A stretch of DNA of 64,000 bases from Eledone cirrhosa (Eukaryota). Position 1 is the stretch's first letter. The number at the start of each line of letters is the position of its first letter. The DNA lies in the NCBI GenBank assembly GCA_964016885.1, contig OZ024742.1, forward strand, positions 231,384,001 through 231,448,000, given 5' to 3'. Below the pieces are notes generated by a model that made no database searches, was not told the DNA's origin, and saw only the letters and a list, made by a program, of their open reading frames with translations. A program made the translations under genes and the position numbers. Below, piece after piece: positions 1 to 11,736 of this stretch.

Positions 1-91
1 AAGTTTAAAACCAGGAAAAAGAAGCAGCACAAAACAGATAATCATTGAGGTCACAGAATGTGTGATGAAAGAATTTGAATAAATAAATGAA

Positions 92-278
92 TAATTGTTT
101 CTACATTTGGCACAAGGCCAGCAATTACTCAGTACGTTACTGGTACTTTATTTTATCGACCCTGTAAGGATGAAAGGCAAAGTTAACCTCGGCAGGATTT
201 GAACTCAGATCGTAAGGGGACGTAACTATGCTGGAAAGCATGTCCGACCCTCTACCGATACTGCCAATTCACCGCCCT
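92..278 (-). mobile_element. tRNA-derived SINE (Nin/Deu-like central domain)
   Basis: On the minus strand: A box TGGCAGTATCGG, B box GTTCAAATCC, then GCCTTTCATCC...GGGTCGATAAAATAAAGTACCAG. Many copies in the window. Confidence 0.85.
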
Positions 279-530
279 GAATAAATGAATAATGAACAGT
301 AAAGATAAACTGAAAATTATATAGTATGTGTGTGTGTTTCTTTCTATTGGCAATATGACCATCCCCAAATATAATAATAATGATGATGATGATAGAAATC
401 CTTTCATAGAATTAAAACAAAATCTACATTATGGCTTATATAACTAGTATTGGCAAATTTTCTATCTAGAATACCATGTCAATCACAGTGTTTATCTGGT
501 GAATTTCGTATATTAAATATATATTTCGTA

Positions 531-2619
531 TATGAAAGGCTACTAAATGAGGAGAATAAATGGGAGAAAGACAGTCTCCCCCATATCGACCCAATAGAGG
601 GACCAGCAGTGTTAGTCGAGGGGAGTATAATAAGTAAGGCAATCAAGGATATGAAGACGGGTAAGGCGGCTGGGCCTTCGGAAATAGTTGCTGAGATGCT
701 GAAGGCATCTGGCACGGTGGGACACACCATGGTCACCCGCATAGTTAACCAAGTCGTACAGAATGGGGTTGTTCCGAAGGACTGGCATAGCAGCATCATC
801 GTTAACTGTTATAAGGGTAAAGGAGACGCCCTAGATAGGAGTAACTATAGAGGCATTAAATTAATCGACCAGGTCATGAAGGTCACGGAAAAAGTAATAG
901 CGCAACTAATCAGAGAGAGAATTGACCTAGATGAAATGCAGTTCGGGTTTGTGTCAGGCAAAAGCACCACAGACGCTCTTTTCATAGTACGACAACTACA
1001 GGAGAAGTACCTAGCTAAAGGTAAACCCCTCTACTTAGCTTTTGTCGACCTGGAGAAAGCCTTCGACAGAGTCCCCCGCTCCATTATCTGGTGGGCTCTT
1101 AGAAAACTAGGCGTTGACGAATGGCTTGTGAGGGCTATACAAGCCATGTATAAAGAAACAGTCAGCAAGGTTAGAATTAACAACGAATATAGTGAAGAGT
1201 TTAGCGTAAAAGTTGGCGTCCATCAGGGCTCTGTTCTCAGCCCCCTACTATTTATTATTGCCCTTCAGGCTATAACAGAGGAGTTCAAGACAGGCTGCCC
1301 ATGGGAACTCCTATACGCAGACGACCTGACACTCATAGCGGAATCAATGGCCGAGCTAGAGAAGAAATTCCAAACATGGAAGCACGGCCTAGAGTCAAAA
1401 GGACTTAAAATTAACCTGGCTAAGACCAAAGTTCTAGTTTGTAGGAAAGAAAACAAGGCGGCGGTCCCTTCTGGGAAATGGTCGTGCTCGGTGTGTAGGA
1501 AAGGCGTAGGTAGAAACTCCATTTTATGTCCTAAATGCAAAGTATGGGTGCATAAAAGATGTAGTGGGATATCAGGTAAGCTAACTAAGAACATAGATTT
1601 TACATGTGGCCGGTGTTCTGGTGCAATAAGTAGCAGCAAGTGCCCATAAAATACTAGCTCTTTCAATTGCGCAGAGGGTTCTATAGAAATAGTGGACAGC
1701 TTCCGTTACCTGGGCGATAAAATCAGCAGTGGGGGAGGGTGCTCTGAAAGTACTGTAGCTAGAGTCAGAACTGGTTGGAAAAAGTTCAGAGAGCTTATAC
1801 CACTATTAGCTGCTAAAGGGTTCTCCCTAAAAATGAAAGGCAGGTTGTACGATGCCTGCATACGAACAGCAATGTTGCATGGTAGTGAGACCTGGGCATT
1901 GTGTGCAGAGGATATACGCAGACTAGAGAGGAACGAAGCTTGCATGCTCCGCTGGATGTGTAACAGTAATATACGTGAACAGCAAAGCATAAACGAACTA
2001 AGGAAAAAATTAGAGATAAGAGGGATCAGATGTTGTTTACTCGAGAGAAGGCTACGTTGGTATGGACACGTGATGCGCATGAAAGTCGATAGCTGTATAA
2101 CAAAGTGCAGGGCAATAAAGATAGACGGTAGCCACGGAATAGGCAGACCTAGAAAAACCTGGGATGAGCTGATAAACTCCGACCTCACACACTTACACCT
2201 CTCCAAGACAATGTCACTGGACCGAGACCTTTGGCGGTACTCAGTAACAGAGAAGACCCGCCTTGCCAGTAGGCATCTCTAACAAAATACACCCCGTCCC
2301 GCCACCACCCCCACCCCATCCACACCACCCCGTTCTATGTAAAGTTATGTTGGTGCCGCGCCATCCAGGCCAAAACAAATGAGATCGTGTAGGTGTCACG
2401 ACAAAAAAAACACACACATTCCACGCTGTAATGTGGCCGTGTAGGCAACACAGTAAAAACTTCCCAGACCCACACTGTAAATGTGGTTGGTGTTAGGAAG
2501 GGCATCCAACTGTAGAAAACCTGCCAAACAGTCCTATGCGAGCAAGACAATCACTCTTGCCTCAAGTGGGACTACCCCCGTCCAAACCCATGCAAGCGTG
2601 GAACACGGACGTTAAATGT

Positions 2620-2651
<32 letters not shown>
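531..2651 (+). mobile_element. 5'-truncated RTE-clade LINE (RT, Cys/His finger, 3' UTR, (GAT)n tail), antisense in an Acinus intron
   Basis: RT motifs QFGF, FVDLEKAFDRV, GVHQGSVLSP and LYADD, plus RTE-type C-terminus RRLRWYGHV and GRPRKTW. The two ORF pieces share a frame, separated by one TAA (1647-1649). No endonuclease domain. Tail at 2621-2651. Confidence 0.93.
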
Positions 2652-2653
<2 letters not shown>

Positions 2654-2990
2654 AACTTGACTTCATCACAACTTGAGTAAATACCGTTAGAAATGAATCA
2701 TCTGATAATTAAATTTATTATTATTATTATAACAACGTAATTAACAGCAGTGGATTGGCAGGATTGTTAAAGTGTTGGATAAAATGCTTTGCAATATTTA
2801 GTTACAACTCTACATTCTGAGTTCAAAACCTGCTTAGGTCAACTTTGCATTTCATTTTTCCAGGATCAATAAATTAATGTAACCAGTCAAGAACTGGGTT
2901 TGATTCAAATAAATTTCCCCATCCACCAAATTGCTATCATTGTGTCTTAATTAGATGATAGTAATATTATAAATTAGACAAATGCTTTAC

Positions 2991-3113
2991 TTTTCGTTTT
3001 TCTTCCATTTCTCTCCTTTTCTTCCGTTCTGCTTCTTCTTCCTTCTCCAATTCTTTCCGTCTCTGTTCCCGTTCTAACTGCCGTTGCCTCCGTTCTCTTT
3101 CTCTTTCTGCAAT
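2991..3113 (-). CDS. ACIN1: Acinus coding exon N, charged coiled-coil (123 nt, phase 0-0); gene probably continues left of the window
   Basis: Encodes IAERERERRQRQLEREQRRKELEKEEEAERKKRREMEEKRK. TTTAG acceptor and GTAAAG donor. Confidence 0.9.
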
Positions 3114-3234
3114 CTAAACAAAGATTGGTCATATTTAGTTACATTGTCTTATGTGGTTAAATATGTTAAATAAAGTTAAATACTAAATCTTTGTTATTTT
3201 ATAAGTTACATCAAAAAAGACAGTCACCTATGTA

Positions 3235-3472
3235 TTAACCTGTTGACAGCAGTGTATATTTTACACAACTTCAGTTGCTGCGCTGGGTTTTTCCCCTCAG
3301 TAAAATGACTATTTTTTTAAACAAACATTTATTAACAACACAAATCTGAATGATTGACAAATGCCATATCAATAAACTAGTAACCCCATCTAGCTTTGAA
3401 GTTATGAACTTTTGGAAAAGAGTTCAAACATGTTAGGACGAGTTATCTCGTTTACGGCACTGAAGAGGTTAA
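3235..3472. mobile_element. Possible third TTAA-flanked MITE
   Basis: TTAA CCTGTTGACAGC ... GCACTGAAGAGG TTAA, imperfect inverted termini. Confidence 0.5.
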
Positions 3473-3835
3473 ACCCCATCAATTTAGTTATATTATACAG
3501 CTAAATCTAGAGTTATTTCAGTTACATCAACACAATAGACAGTCACAGTTGTATGATGCATGCTGATACTTCATAGCTAGATCAAAACAACAAACATAGT
3601 TAGTTATTTATAGCTTAATCTTCTGACTCAGACTTTAATGACCCATTCAAAACATGCCAACATGGAACTGGGGTTGTGGGGACATAAAATGAAGAAACAT
3701 TTAATCCTTTTGATACTAAACTACCTGAAACTGCCCCTTGTTCTATGACAAAACTGTTTTGAATATTTTATATTTAAATTTCAACTTTTCATTATAATTT
3801 TATGTAAGAAACTTTTGTTGTTTTCCAAACAACTT

Positions 3836-4207
3836 AATAATTGTTTCTACTTTTGGCACAAGGCCAGCAATTACCCAGTACATTACTGGTACTTTATTTT
3901 ATCGACCCCGTAAGGCTGAAAGGCAAAGTTGACCTTAACAGGATTTGAACTCAGATCGTAAGGGACGTAACTATGCTGGAAAGCATGGCGTCCAACCCTC
4001 TACCAATACTGCCAATACAAACAACTTAATAATTGTTTCTACTTTTGGCACAAGGCCAGCAATTACCCAGTGTATTACTTTATCGACCCAGTAAGGATGA
4101 AAGGCAAAGTTAACCTCAGCGGGATTTGAACTCAGACCACAAAAGGCCGTAACTCTTTGCTGCAAAACATGGCATCCGACCCTCTACCGATACTGCCAAT
4201 CCACTGC
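3836..4207 (-). mobile_element. Two tandem tRNA-derived SINE copies nested in a MITE
   Basis: Same family as 92-278, separated and flanked by CAAACAACTTAA. Confidence 0.85.
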
Positions 4208-4353
4208 AAACAACTTAAAAATGAAAGTTATTTTACTAAATCCCTCCAAATTCTTGATTATTTCAAAACCATCTGAAAATCTTTAACTGTGTATTATTAG
4301 AAACACAGTAAAAAAAGGATTAAATACTGAAAGTAAAAATAAAATGTTCCTAC

Positions 4354-4460
4354 CTGACTTTCTGTTAATGGCAACCAGTATATACAAGGAACAGCTTTAG
4401 TTTTCCTAAATAAATCATCTAATAATTTGGCAGGGGCTTCTTCTTCTATTACTTTCTTTT
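4354..4460 (-). CDS. ACIN1: Acinus coding exon M, RSB (RNPS1-SAP18-binding) motif (107 nt, phase 1-0)
   Basis: [28 protein letters not shown] matches the Acinus RSB motif. TTACAG acceptor and CAG|GTAGGA donor. Confidence 0.97.
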
Positions 4461-4585
4461 CTGTAATACAAGGGAGAAATGTCCAACATTAATGCAAAAA
4501 CAAATAATTACAGAAAAATTCTCAAGTAAAATATATCTTTAATATCATATATAATCATGCAAAAGTCACACCATTTTACTATGAA

Positions 4586-4773
4586 ATAATTGTTTCTACT
4601 TTAGGTACAAGGCCAGCAATTATCCAGTGCATTACTGGTACTTTATTTTATCGACCCCATAAGGATGAAAGGCAAAGTAAACCTCGGCGGGATTTGAACT
4701 CAGATCGTAAAGGGACGTAACTATGCTGGAAAGCATGGCGTCCAACCCGCTACCGATACTGCCAATCCACGAC
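4586..4773 (-). mobile_element. tRNA-derived SINE
   Basis: Very similar to 92-278 along its full length. Confidence 0.85.
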
Positions 4774-4974
4774 GTACAAATCAAACTGTACTATGCCTAC
4801 ATTAAAACTATCATAGGAGATGATGAAAGAACAGTGCTAGTTGAGAGAGGCTGGGCTGAAAAGGACCTGTCCAACCAATGCAAACATGGAAGCAAGCAAG
4901 AGAGAGAGAGAGAGACTACTGTGTGTATCTAGTTTAGAATAGGCACACCACGTTCCTGTGTTGTGTAAGGCAGT

Positions 4975-5232
4975 TAATAGGCTTGGCACAAGGAAGAGCA
5001 TCCAATCCCAAAACATTGCCTCAAAAAAGCACATGATGAGCACAAAGACTAATCTGGGACCCACATTTGCTTTAGCAGGGAAAATGGCTTTAAAATGCTT
5101 GTGATTGTCTTTGTATACATATAGTTCCTGTATGAGCAAGACAAGGTCAGCCAACCGGACACTGCCCACAACAGGACAACCCGTCTAACCCATGCTAGCG
5201 TGGAAGAATGGACGTAAAACGATGATGATGAT
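4975..5232 (+). mobile_element. RTE 3'-end fragment (similar copies near 60520-60810)
   Basis: Shares GGAAG.GCATCCA and CCCATGC.AGCGTGGAA...GGACGT.AAA(GAT)n with the LINE 3' UTR at 2480-2651. Confidence 0.7.
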
Positions 5233-5289
5233 ACACTGACACATCATTAGAGATATAATGTGAAACTGACGAAATGTTATATTAGTTAC

Positions 5290-5548
5290 CTTTCTTTTCC
5301 CGTTTTTCTCCACTTAATGCCCGTTTTTTCCTTTCTCTGGACCGTGACCTTGACTGTGAACGCGACACCGATCTTGACCTTCGTCTCATCTTACCACGAT
5401 CCCATTCTCGTACTTTTTTAATGTCTTCTTTCTTCTTCATTTCCCTCACAGACTTCTCAGCCGATTTCACTGCCTTCACACTAACATCTTGCTGGATTTC
5501 TCGGATAATATCCTGGGGGCCTTCTTCCTTCGAACGATAGTAACTTAC
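5290..5548 (-). CDS. ACIN1: Acinus coding exon L (259 nt, phase 0-1), REWDR motif plus RS repeat
   Basis: Encodes VSYYRSKEEG...VREWDRGKMRRRSRSVSRSQSRSRSRERKKR. TTTCAG acceptor and AAG|GTAACT donor. Confidence 0.93.
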
Positions 5549-6036
5549 CTGAAACATTGAAAAATAAATAAAATGTTCAGCTCACATCTATACAGGTTTA
5601 ATGCTGTGTGTATCCGGTTTAGAACAGGTACACTGTATCACTATGTTGTAAGAGGCAAATAGAAGTGTTTGTACCAGGAAAGGCATCTGGCTGTAAAGTA
5701 TTTGTCCAAAAATAGACCCTATGTTGACTATGTCATGGAGCCATTGAAGTTAACTTCTGCTTTAGCAAGGAAATTGGCCTCAAAACACTAGCAGTACACC
5801 TATGCAGGTTTAGTTGGCCTCCTACAAATTTGTATATCATATTGTTTCTTAGGTGTTTTAATTATAGGGGCTCCAGTAATATGAAAAGCGACATGGAATG
5901 AAGCTTCTTGCTCAAGAACACCACATTCCACCAAGTTCAGAAATTGAACATGTGACCTTATGATTGTGAGTGCAACAATCCAACCACTAGGTCATGCCCG
6001 TTCATTTGAAATCTGAGATAAACATACTACACCTGT

Positions 6037-6265
6037 TTAACCCTTTAGCATTTATATTACTCTATTTATACTATTGTATTTTTGCAGTAGAGGCTTTATC
6101 TTACATAATTATCTCACATAATATTGAATCTATGAGATTTTGATATTATTTATTTTGAGAACAATACCTTAACCTAAGTATGAGCAGCAAGTTACAGCCG
6201 GTTTGAACAGGAAGAGGTGAGAAAATTCTGGCCGGTTATGGCCTGTTTAAATGCTAAAAGGTTAA
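6037..6265. mobile_element. piggyBac-type MITE family A (copies at 28855-29062, 33600-33753, 52234-52430, 59048-59230, 63611-63811)
   Basis: TTAA target duplication with CCCTTTAGCATT / AATGCTAAA(A/G)GG terminal inverted repeats and a shared internal sequence. Confidence 0.8.
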
Positions 6266-6605
6266 AATATAGACAAATAAAATCACATCACAAAACTAAT
6301 AAGATTTAAATAAAATTTTGAATTCAAACTATACTTTTAGAAATAAAAAAATATTTTTGTACATAAGTTCCACCTCCATTTTGTATACATACACAATATG
6401 CAACATATTTTGGTCACATTTAAGCTTTTCAGATATTTTCAACATTATATGCAAGTATTCTTTTACCCGTTTCAGTGATAAAACTGGACATGCTAGAGCA
6501 TCACCTTGGAGGGATTTAGTCAATTATTTTAACCACCCAATGCTTGTTTTACATATCTTTTTGATTCTACCCACTATATTGCAAGACATAAACAGACTCA
6601 AACAT

Positions 6606-6643
<38 letters not shown>

Positions 6644-7689
6644 CACAGGTTTTTGTAGTTTCTGTCAACCAAATTTCACTCACAAAGTCATAGTAGAAGA
6701 CACTTGCTTAAAGTGCCATGCAGTGGGACTCAACCCGAAACCATGTGGTTGCAAAGCAAATTTCTTAACCACTTTGAATTGAATATCTAAATAAAAAATT
6801 TAATGAAACTATATCTTTAAAAATTGCACCACATATACTCATGTATAAGTTATACCAGTAAATAAGTGACACCTCCATTTTGCATACATTTACATGTTTT
6901 CTACTGTTTAGTCAGAGAAAGAAAGACAGGGCAGTGCCTATGACCTTTTCCAGAACCCCAGAGACTAGTGGGAAGAAGGTATCTTCAAACTGGAGTCTTG
7001 GCCTGAATGCTTCCAACAGAATAAACTCAACTAAAAGTACCCGAGAGACAAGTCATCATCATATCATTTAACATGTTTTATTTGCTAGCAAGGGTTGGTC
7101 ATGTCAGACCTCTCAGGTTGGCCACGAGCCCTTATTTTGCCTACATGCGTTCCTGTACTCAATTGCTCAGATGGGCTGGGGGCCCAACGAATGGCACTAA
7201 ACTAGGAATGCTGTCATATCTTTGACACAGCTGAAGAGTTCTCCCAACCCTTTGTTTGGCAGGTTTTTAACAACTGGATGCCCTTCCAATCACCAACCAG
7301 ATTGTGTTAAGTTGGTTGGATTAAACTTACCAGATGCAATCATTATCATCCTTTAACATCCATTTTTCCATGATGTGCATGTGCTGGATATATGTTTATA
7401 ATGTTTTGTTGTTTCTTTTGCTTGGTTTTCCAGGCTAGATGCACTTTTCCAGGCTAGCACCAACCATTAGAGAATTTGTATCGGTTTTTTTTATTCAGAG
7501 TAACTGCTCTCATAGACTGCCTTCTCTACAGTCCATGTCTATCTCATACCATATATTTTGAATTGCGGTTTTGGAGGTCAAGTAGATTAAGTGGCATGCT
7601 AGATTTTCATCTATTTTTGTGGAAAAAGGAGCAGCTTATAAATGAGTATATACAATACACTGAAAAATAAGATATCAAATATAACTCAC

Positions 7690-7797
7690 TTCATCATCTG
7701 TAGCATATTCTACTCGTAAAATCTTTGGATTAGATGATGGCCATTTAGTTCCATGTAGAGCTTTTCTTGTTAAAATAGCTTGTTCTTCTGTTTCATA
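7690..7797 (-). CDS. ACIN1: Acinus coding exon K, C-terminal half of the RRM (108 nt, phase 0-0)
   Basis: Encodes YETEEQAILTRKALHGTKWPSSNPKILRVEYATDDE. TTTAG acceptor and GAA|GTGAGT donor. Confidence 0.96.
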
Positions 7798-8319
7798 CTA
7801 AATAAAGAAATAATTTTAAATAAATACAAAGAAATTATATCCTCCTGGAGAGGATGTTAATCAATTTAGAAGTGTGTTACTATCATTGAATTTTTATTTC
7901 ATTTACAATTCACACTTGGTTTAACTGGCCTCCTATGAAGTTGCATCTAAGAGGTTTTGATTGTTTTTATAAGCATTTTGCTCAAGAACACAATGTACTG
8001 ATTGGTCATAGAATCGAACCTACAACCATATGATCATAAATCCAACACCCTGACCACTAAACCATGAATATGGAGGAGCAGAGAAGGTTGGAAAGAACAG
8101 AAATATGGTTTGGTGGATGTCTAGCATATTGTTGAAAAAGAGGAAGACAAACAATGAATTGAAGAAGATGATGGAAATAGAACCATGCTGTGAAGAGAAA
8201 TGGAATGAAATGTTTAGATCATGTGTTGAGGAAGGATGAAAGTGTTTGGGTGAGAAGATGGTGGGAATAGAACTAGTGATGGATGTTGTGAAGAATAATG
8301 GAATAAAATGTTTGGAGTA

Positions 8320-8705
8320 TCATGAAAGTAACAGAATCATAGCACTGCTGATTAGGGACTGGGTTAATCTAGACGAAATACAGTTCGGATTTGTGCCAGG
8401 TAAAAGCACCACAGACGCTTGGTCAGGAAGAGAGCTGGCAAAGCAGCTACAGAAGAAGTAAACCGCTCTACTGGCATTTGTTGATTTGGAGAAGGCTTTT
8501 GACAGAGACCCCCATGCCATAATCTGGTAAGTTCTTAAATGTGATAGGCGTTACAAAGGGCATTCAGCTGCAGAAACCAAGCCAAAATCAGTTCTGTATG
8601 AGCAAGACATCGTCACTTGACCCAGCATTTTTCACAACAGAACAACTCGTCTAAACCCATGCTAGCGTGGAAAAATGGACGTTAAACAATGATGAAGATG
8701 ATGTA
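8320..8705 (+). mobile_element. Internally deleted RTE fragment (RT piece joined to the 3' end)
   Basis: LDEIQFGFVPGKSTTDA and FVDLEKAFDR-like coding similar to 925-1095, followed by CCCATGCTAGCGTGGAAAAATGGACGTTAAAC and a (GAT)n-like end. Confidence 0.8.
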
Positions 8706-9027
8706 GAGGAAGGTTGAAAGTGACTGGGTGAGATGATGAGAATAGGCCTAGTGATGGATGTTGTGAAGAGAAATGGAATGTAATGGTGGGTTGTGGAAGG
8801 ATGAAAGTGATTAGAAGAGAAGAATGATGGAAAAGTATTTAGAAGCAAATAGAGGAAAGGAAAGACATGGATAAAAAAGCCATACCTAAAGATGATGGAG
8901 GAGGAAATGAAAACCATGTTTGCAGACAATACAGAAAAACAAAAAAGTCTGTCATAGAGCCCACAGGGAAAATGGTTTTAAAACACATATAGTTGTTAGT
9001 ATGTTGTAGAGAAATAACGGTACATAC

Positions 9028-9332
9028 CTTAGCAAAGCAATGTGATTTAATCTTGTCTATCCAGAAACCGTTTTCTACAACCAATCCTGTCCGTTTTAGA
9101 AGTTCCTTTAACTGACCAATTGTAAAAGGTCGGACTAAATTTCGGACATGGACAATCTTGCTGACAGGATTATGAGCAGGTGATGGGGATCTTCGTGCAG
9201 CCATTGGTTCCTCAGGTTCTGTAATAGACAACTGATGGCTGACCCTTCGAACAGTTAATGGTGGCGCGAACGTTTTGTTGGTCACCACCACAGCTGGGGC
9301 TTGTTGGTTAACAACTATTGGAGTGGCAGGTT
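9028..9332 (-). CDS. ACIN1: Acinus coding exon J, N-terminal half of the RRM (305 nt, phase 1-0)
   Basis: SPSP...IVHVRNLVRPFTIGQLKELLKRTG...FWIDKIKSHCF is the diagnostic Acinus RRM. TTTCAG acceptor and AAG|GTATGT donor. Confidence 0.97.
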
Positions 9333-10876
9333 CTGAAAAGGTAAATGTTTAGCTATTAGTACAATAATAACTGGATGTTTTTAGCAGAAACCTATATCAA
9401 ACATACACTAATCAATGCTTAGATTTCTGAAGCTCACAGGACAAGATGACAAAGGACTGTAACGAATGGGGATATGCTGAGCTGAAAATGACATCAAATT
9501 CATGAAGCCTAGAAAGGTAGATGTAAAATAGGAATGATACCTGAATGCATATAACACATTGAAAACCTACCAAACAAAAGGTGGGAATGACCATTTATAA
9601 CAACCTCTCTGCTGTTGGTGTCACAATAAAATGCCATCAGTAGAGCATGGGATGGTATGTAGATAAGATGTAAGCCCTCAACTCATCTGAGAGGTCAGTA
9701 GCCCTGCTTGGGTACTGGTTAGTCTGTAATCACCCATTTAACCCTTGTTAGTAGGGAAAATGGATGATTTTTTTCATTTATACAGGATAATATATAACTT
9801 TGGCCTTCTTCTTTGCCCACTTATTCCTGGTAGGATCATGGGGGCATAATTCTCAAAACTCCTTCCAGCAGGTCCTATCAGAAGCAACCATCTCAAATTG
9901 ATCCCAAGCAAGACAAGCCGAGTTCATGGATGTTATCCAACCATCATGCCCAGGGTCTACAACCAGTTGTTTTGCCCATAAAATCTGTCCAGCAATCCTT
10001 TCCAGAAACATTTTAACCAAATGCCCATGATATTGGAGCTGTGATCTCTCAATTCAGGAAGTAGTGGTTCTACCAGAAGCATGTATTCTTGCTTTAAAAG
10101 CATACAGCCACGTTCCATGAGACATGCTGTGGAAAATTCGCAGGATAGCTTTGTTAGTGAATTTGGTAGACAGAAACTGTAAGCCCATTGTACATGGCAG
10201 CATGAAAGGTTGATGTAAAATTATATATATGTATATGCGCGTGTGTGCTTGCGCGTGTGCACGTTTCCCCAGTTGCCACAGAGATCATATTGACACCTGC
10301 AATGACAGTTGTTTATTTCCCCCACAAGCAAAACATATATGACATTTACCATACTTAAAATAAGTTATGAATTACTGTCAGGAAAGACATTCAACTTTAG
10401 AAATACTATCTATAAAAGAGATTTTCCAAACCATGCAAACATTGATATAAAGACGAATGTAATAAACGGTGACATTTTTTAAACCAAACTTAGTTATATG
10501 ATATAAAACTGTTAATTTTAATGTGTTTATATTTATTTTAAAAACTTTCTATCATAAATTTTATGTAAGAATGGTATAGCATGGAAGACCTGTGTTGATG
10601 CTACAAGAGCTGATCACAAATTGCTGAAGCTCTGAGGAGATAAAGGACCACAAGTGCAGGAACGCTGTATGGGGAAAAAACTGTCCAACCCATGCAAGCA
10701 TAGAAAAGTAGACATAAAATATTGATGATGATGGTTTAAGTAATGTTCTAAACACCAGCTTAATAAGAGAAAATTAGTTATAATACAAAATCCTTCCAAA
10801 TTATTATTTTCAAAATTATATGAAAATAGCGAACAAAGGAAATATGGTAAAGAAAAGGTTAGCTTTGCTTCCTTAC

Positions 10877-11018
10877 CTCTCTCAATTGGTGCAGCAATTG
10901 GCACAGCAGGTAATGGTGCTGCAGCAGGAACTTCAGAAGAGACTTCTAAATCAGCATCAGTTAATACTTCCCTTGCTGTTGTCACCAATTCAACCTCCTC
11001 CTCCTCCTCTTCTTTCAT
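10877..11018 (-). CDS. ACIN1: Acinus coding exon I (142 nt, phase 0-1)
   Basis: TTTAG acceptor and GAG|GTAAGG donor. Encodes MKEEEEEEVELVTTAREVLTDADLEVSSEVPAAAPLPAVPIAAPIER. Confidence 0.88.
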
Positions 11019-11610
11019 CTAAACAACAATGCATCAAATTAAAACAAAAATCAGTAAAATGAAAAGCATTGAAACTTGACTTGTTAAATATTGTAAAAAA
11101 TATCCAACTTGGTATTTAACTCTTTAGATACCAAAACACCTGAAATCACTCTTGGTTTTGAAACAAAACTGTTCATTTTAAAGTGTTGAAACCCTTTTGT
11201 TAACATATTTTTAATGAAATACCTATGATTGTCAATTAGCTTTTTAAAACAATGAAAAACTTAGAGGAATAAGCAAACTTTTTCAATATTAAGTTGGCAT
11301 TTAGAACAAGATTTTGTAGGAACCTCTTAAGCTATAATGGCAGGTTTAAATTCAAACATGAACACTTGAGACAACTTTTTCTAATCATAAAACCAGGTGC
11401 AGTTTCTGACAGTTTGGTATCAAAAGTTATATTCCAAACAACAATAAGTGTTTTTAAGACAATTTTCTTTTCTAAACATTTGTGTTATTATTAAGGTTAA
11501 AAGTTTAATTAAATCTCTCGTAATTCTTAATTACTTTAATATCTTATACAGAAAGGCAGAAAATATTTTTGTTGGAAATCTAATCAGAAAAGGGTTAAAT
11601 TAATACAAAC

Positions 11611-11736
11611 CTGTACAGTTCTTCGGAACTTTACTTCCACTTTTTCCTCTTCATGGTCCGAGAAAGAACATTCATCATGGCTAAGATCTAATATGGCCTC
11701 TTTTATGGAACTGGGTTTTATCTCAGGAATTAACCC
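11611..11736 (-). CDS. ACIN1: Acinus coding exon H (126 nt, phase 0-0)
   Basis: Encodes GLIPEIKPSSIKEAILDLSHDECSFSDHEEEKVEVKFRRTVQ, continuing the Acinus SLIPDIKP motif. TTTCTAG acceptor and CAG|GTTTGT donor. Confidence 0.9.

Noticed and set aside
92-278. tRNA gene
   Set aside because: A/B boxes are present but continue into a shared SINE body in many copies, and I see no convincing cloverleaf.
479-2206. Minus-strand ORFs over the LINE
   Set aside because: Antisense shadows of the RT frame.
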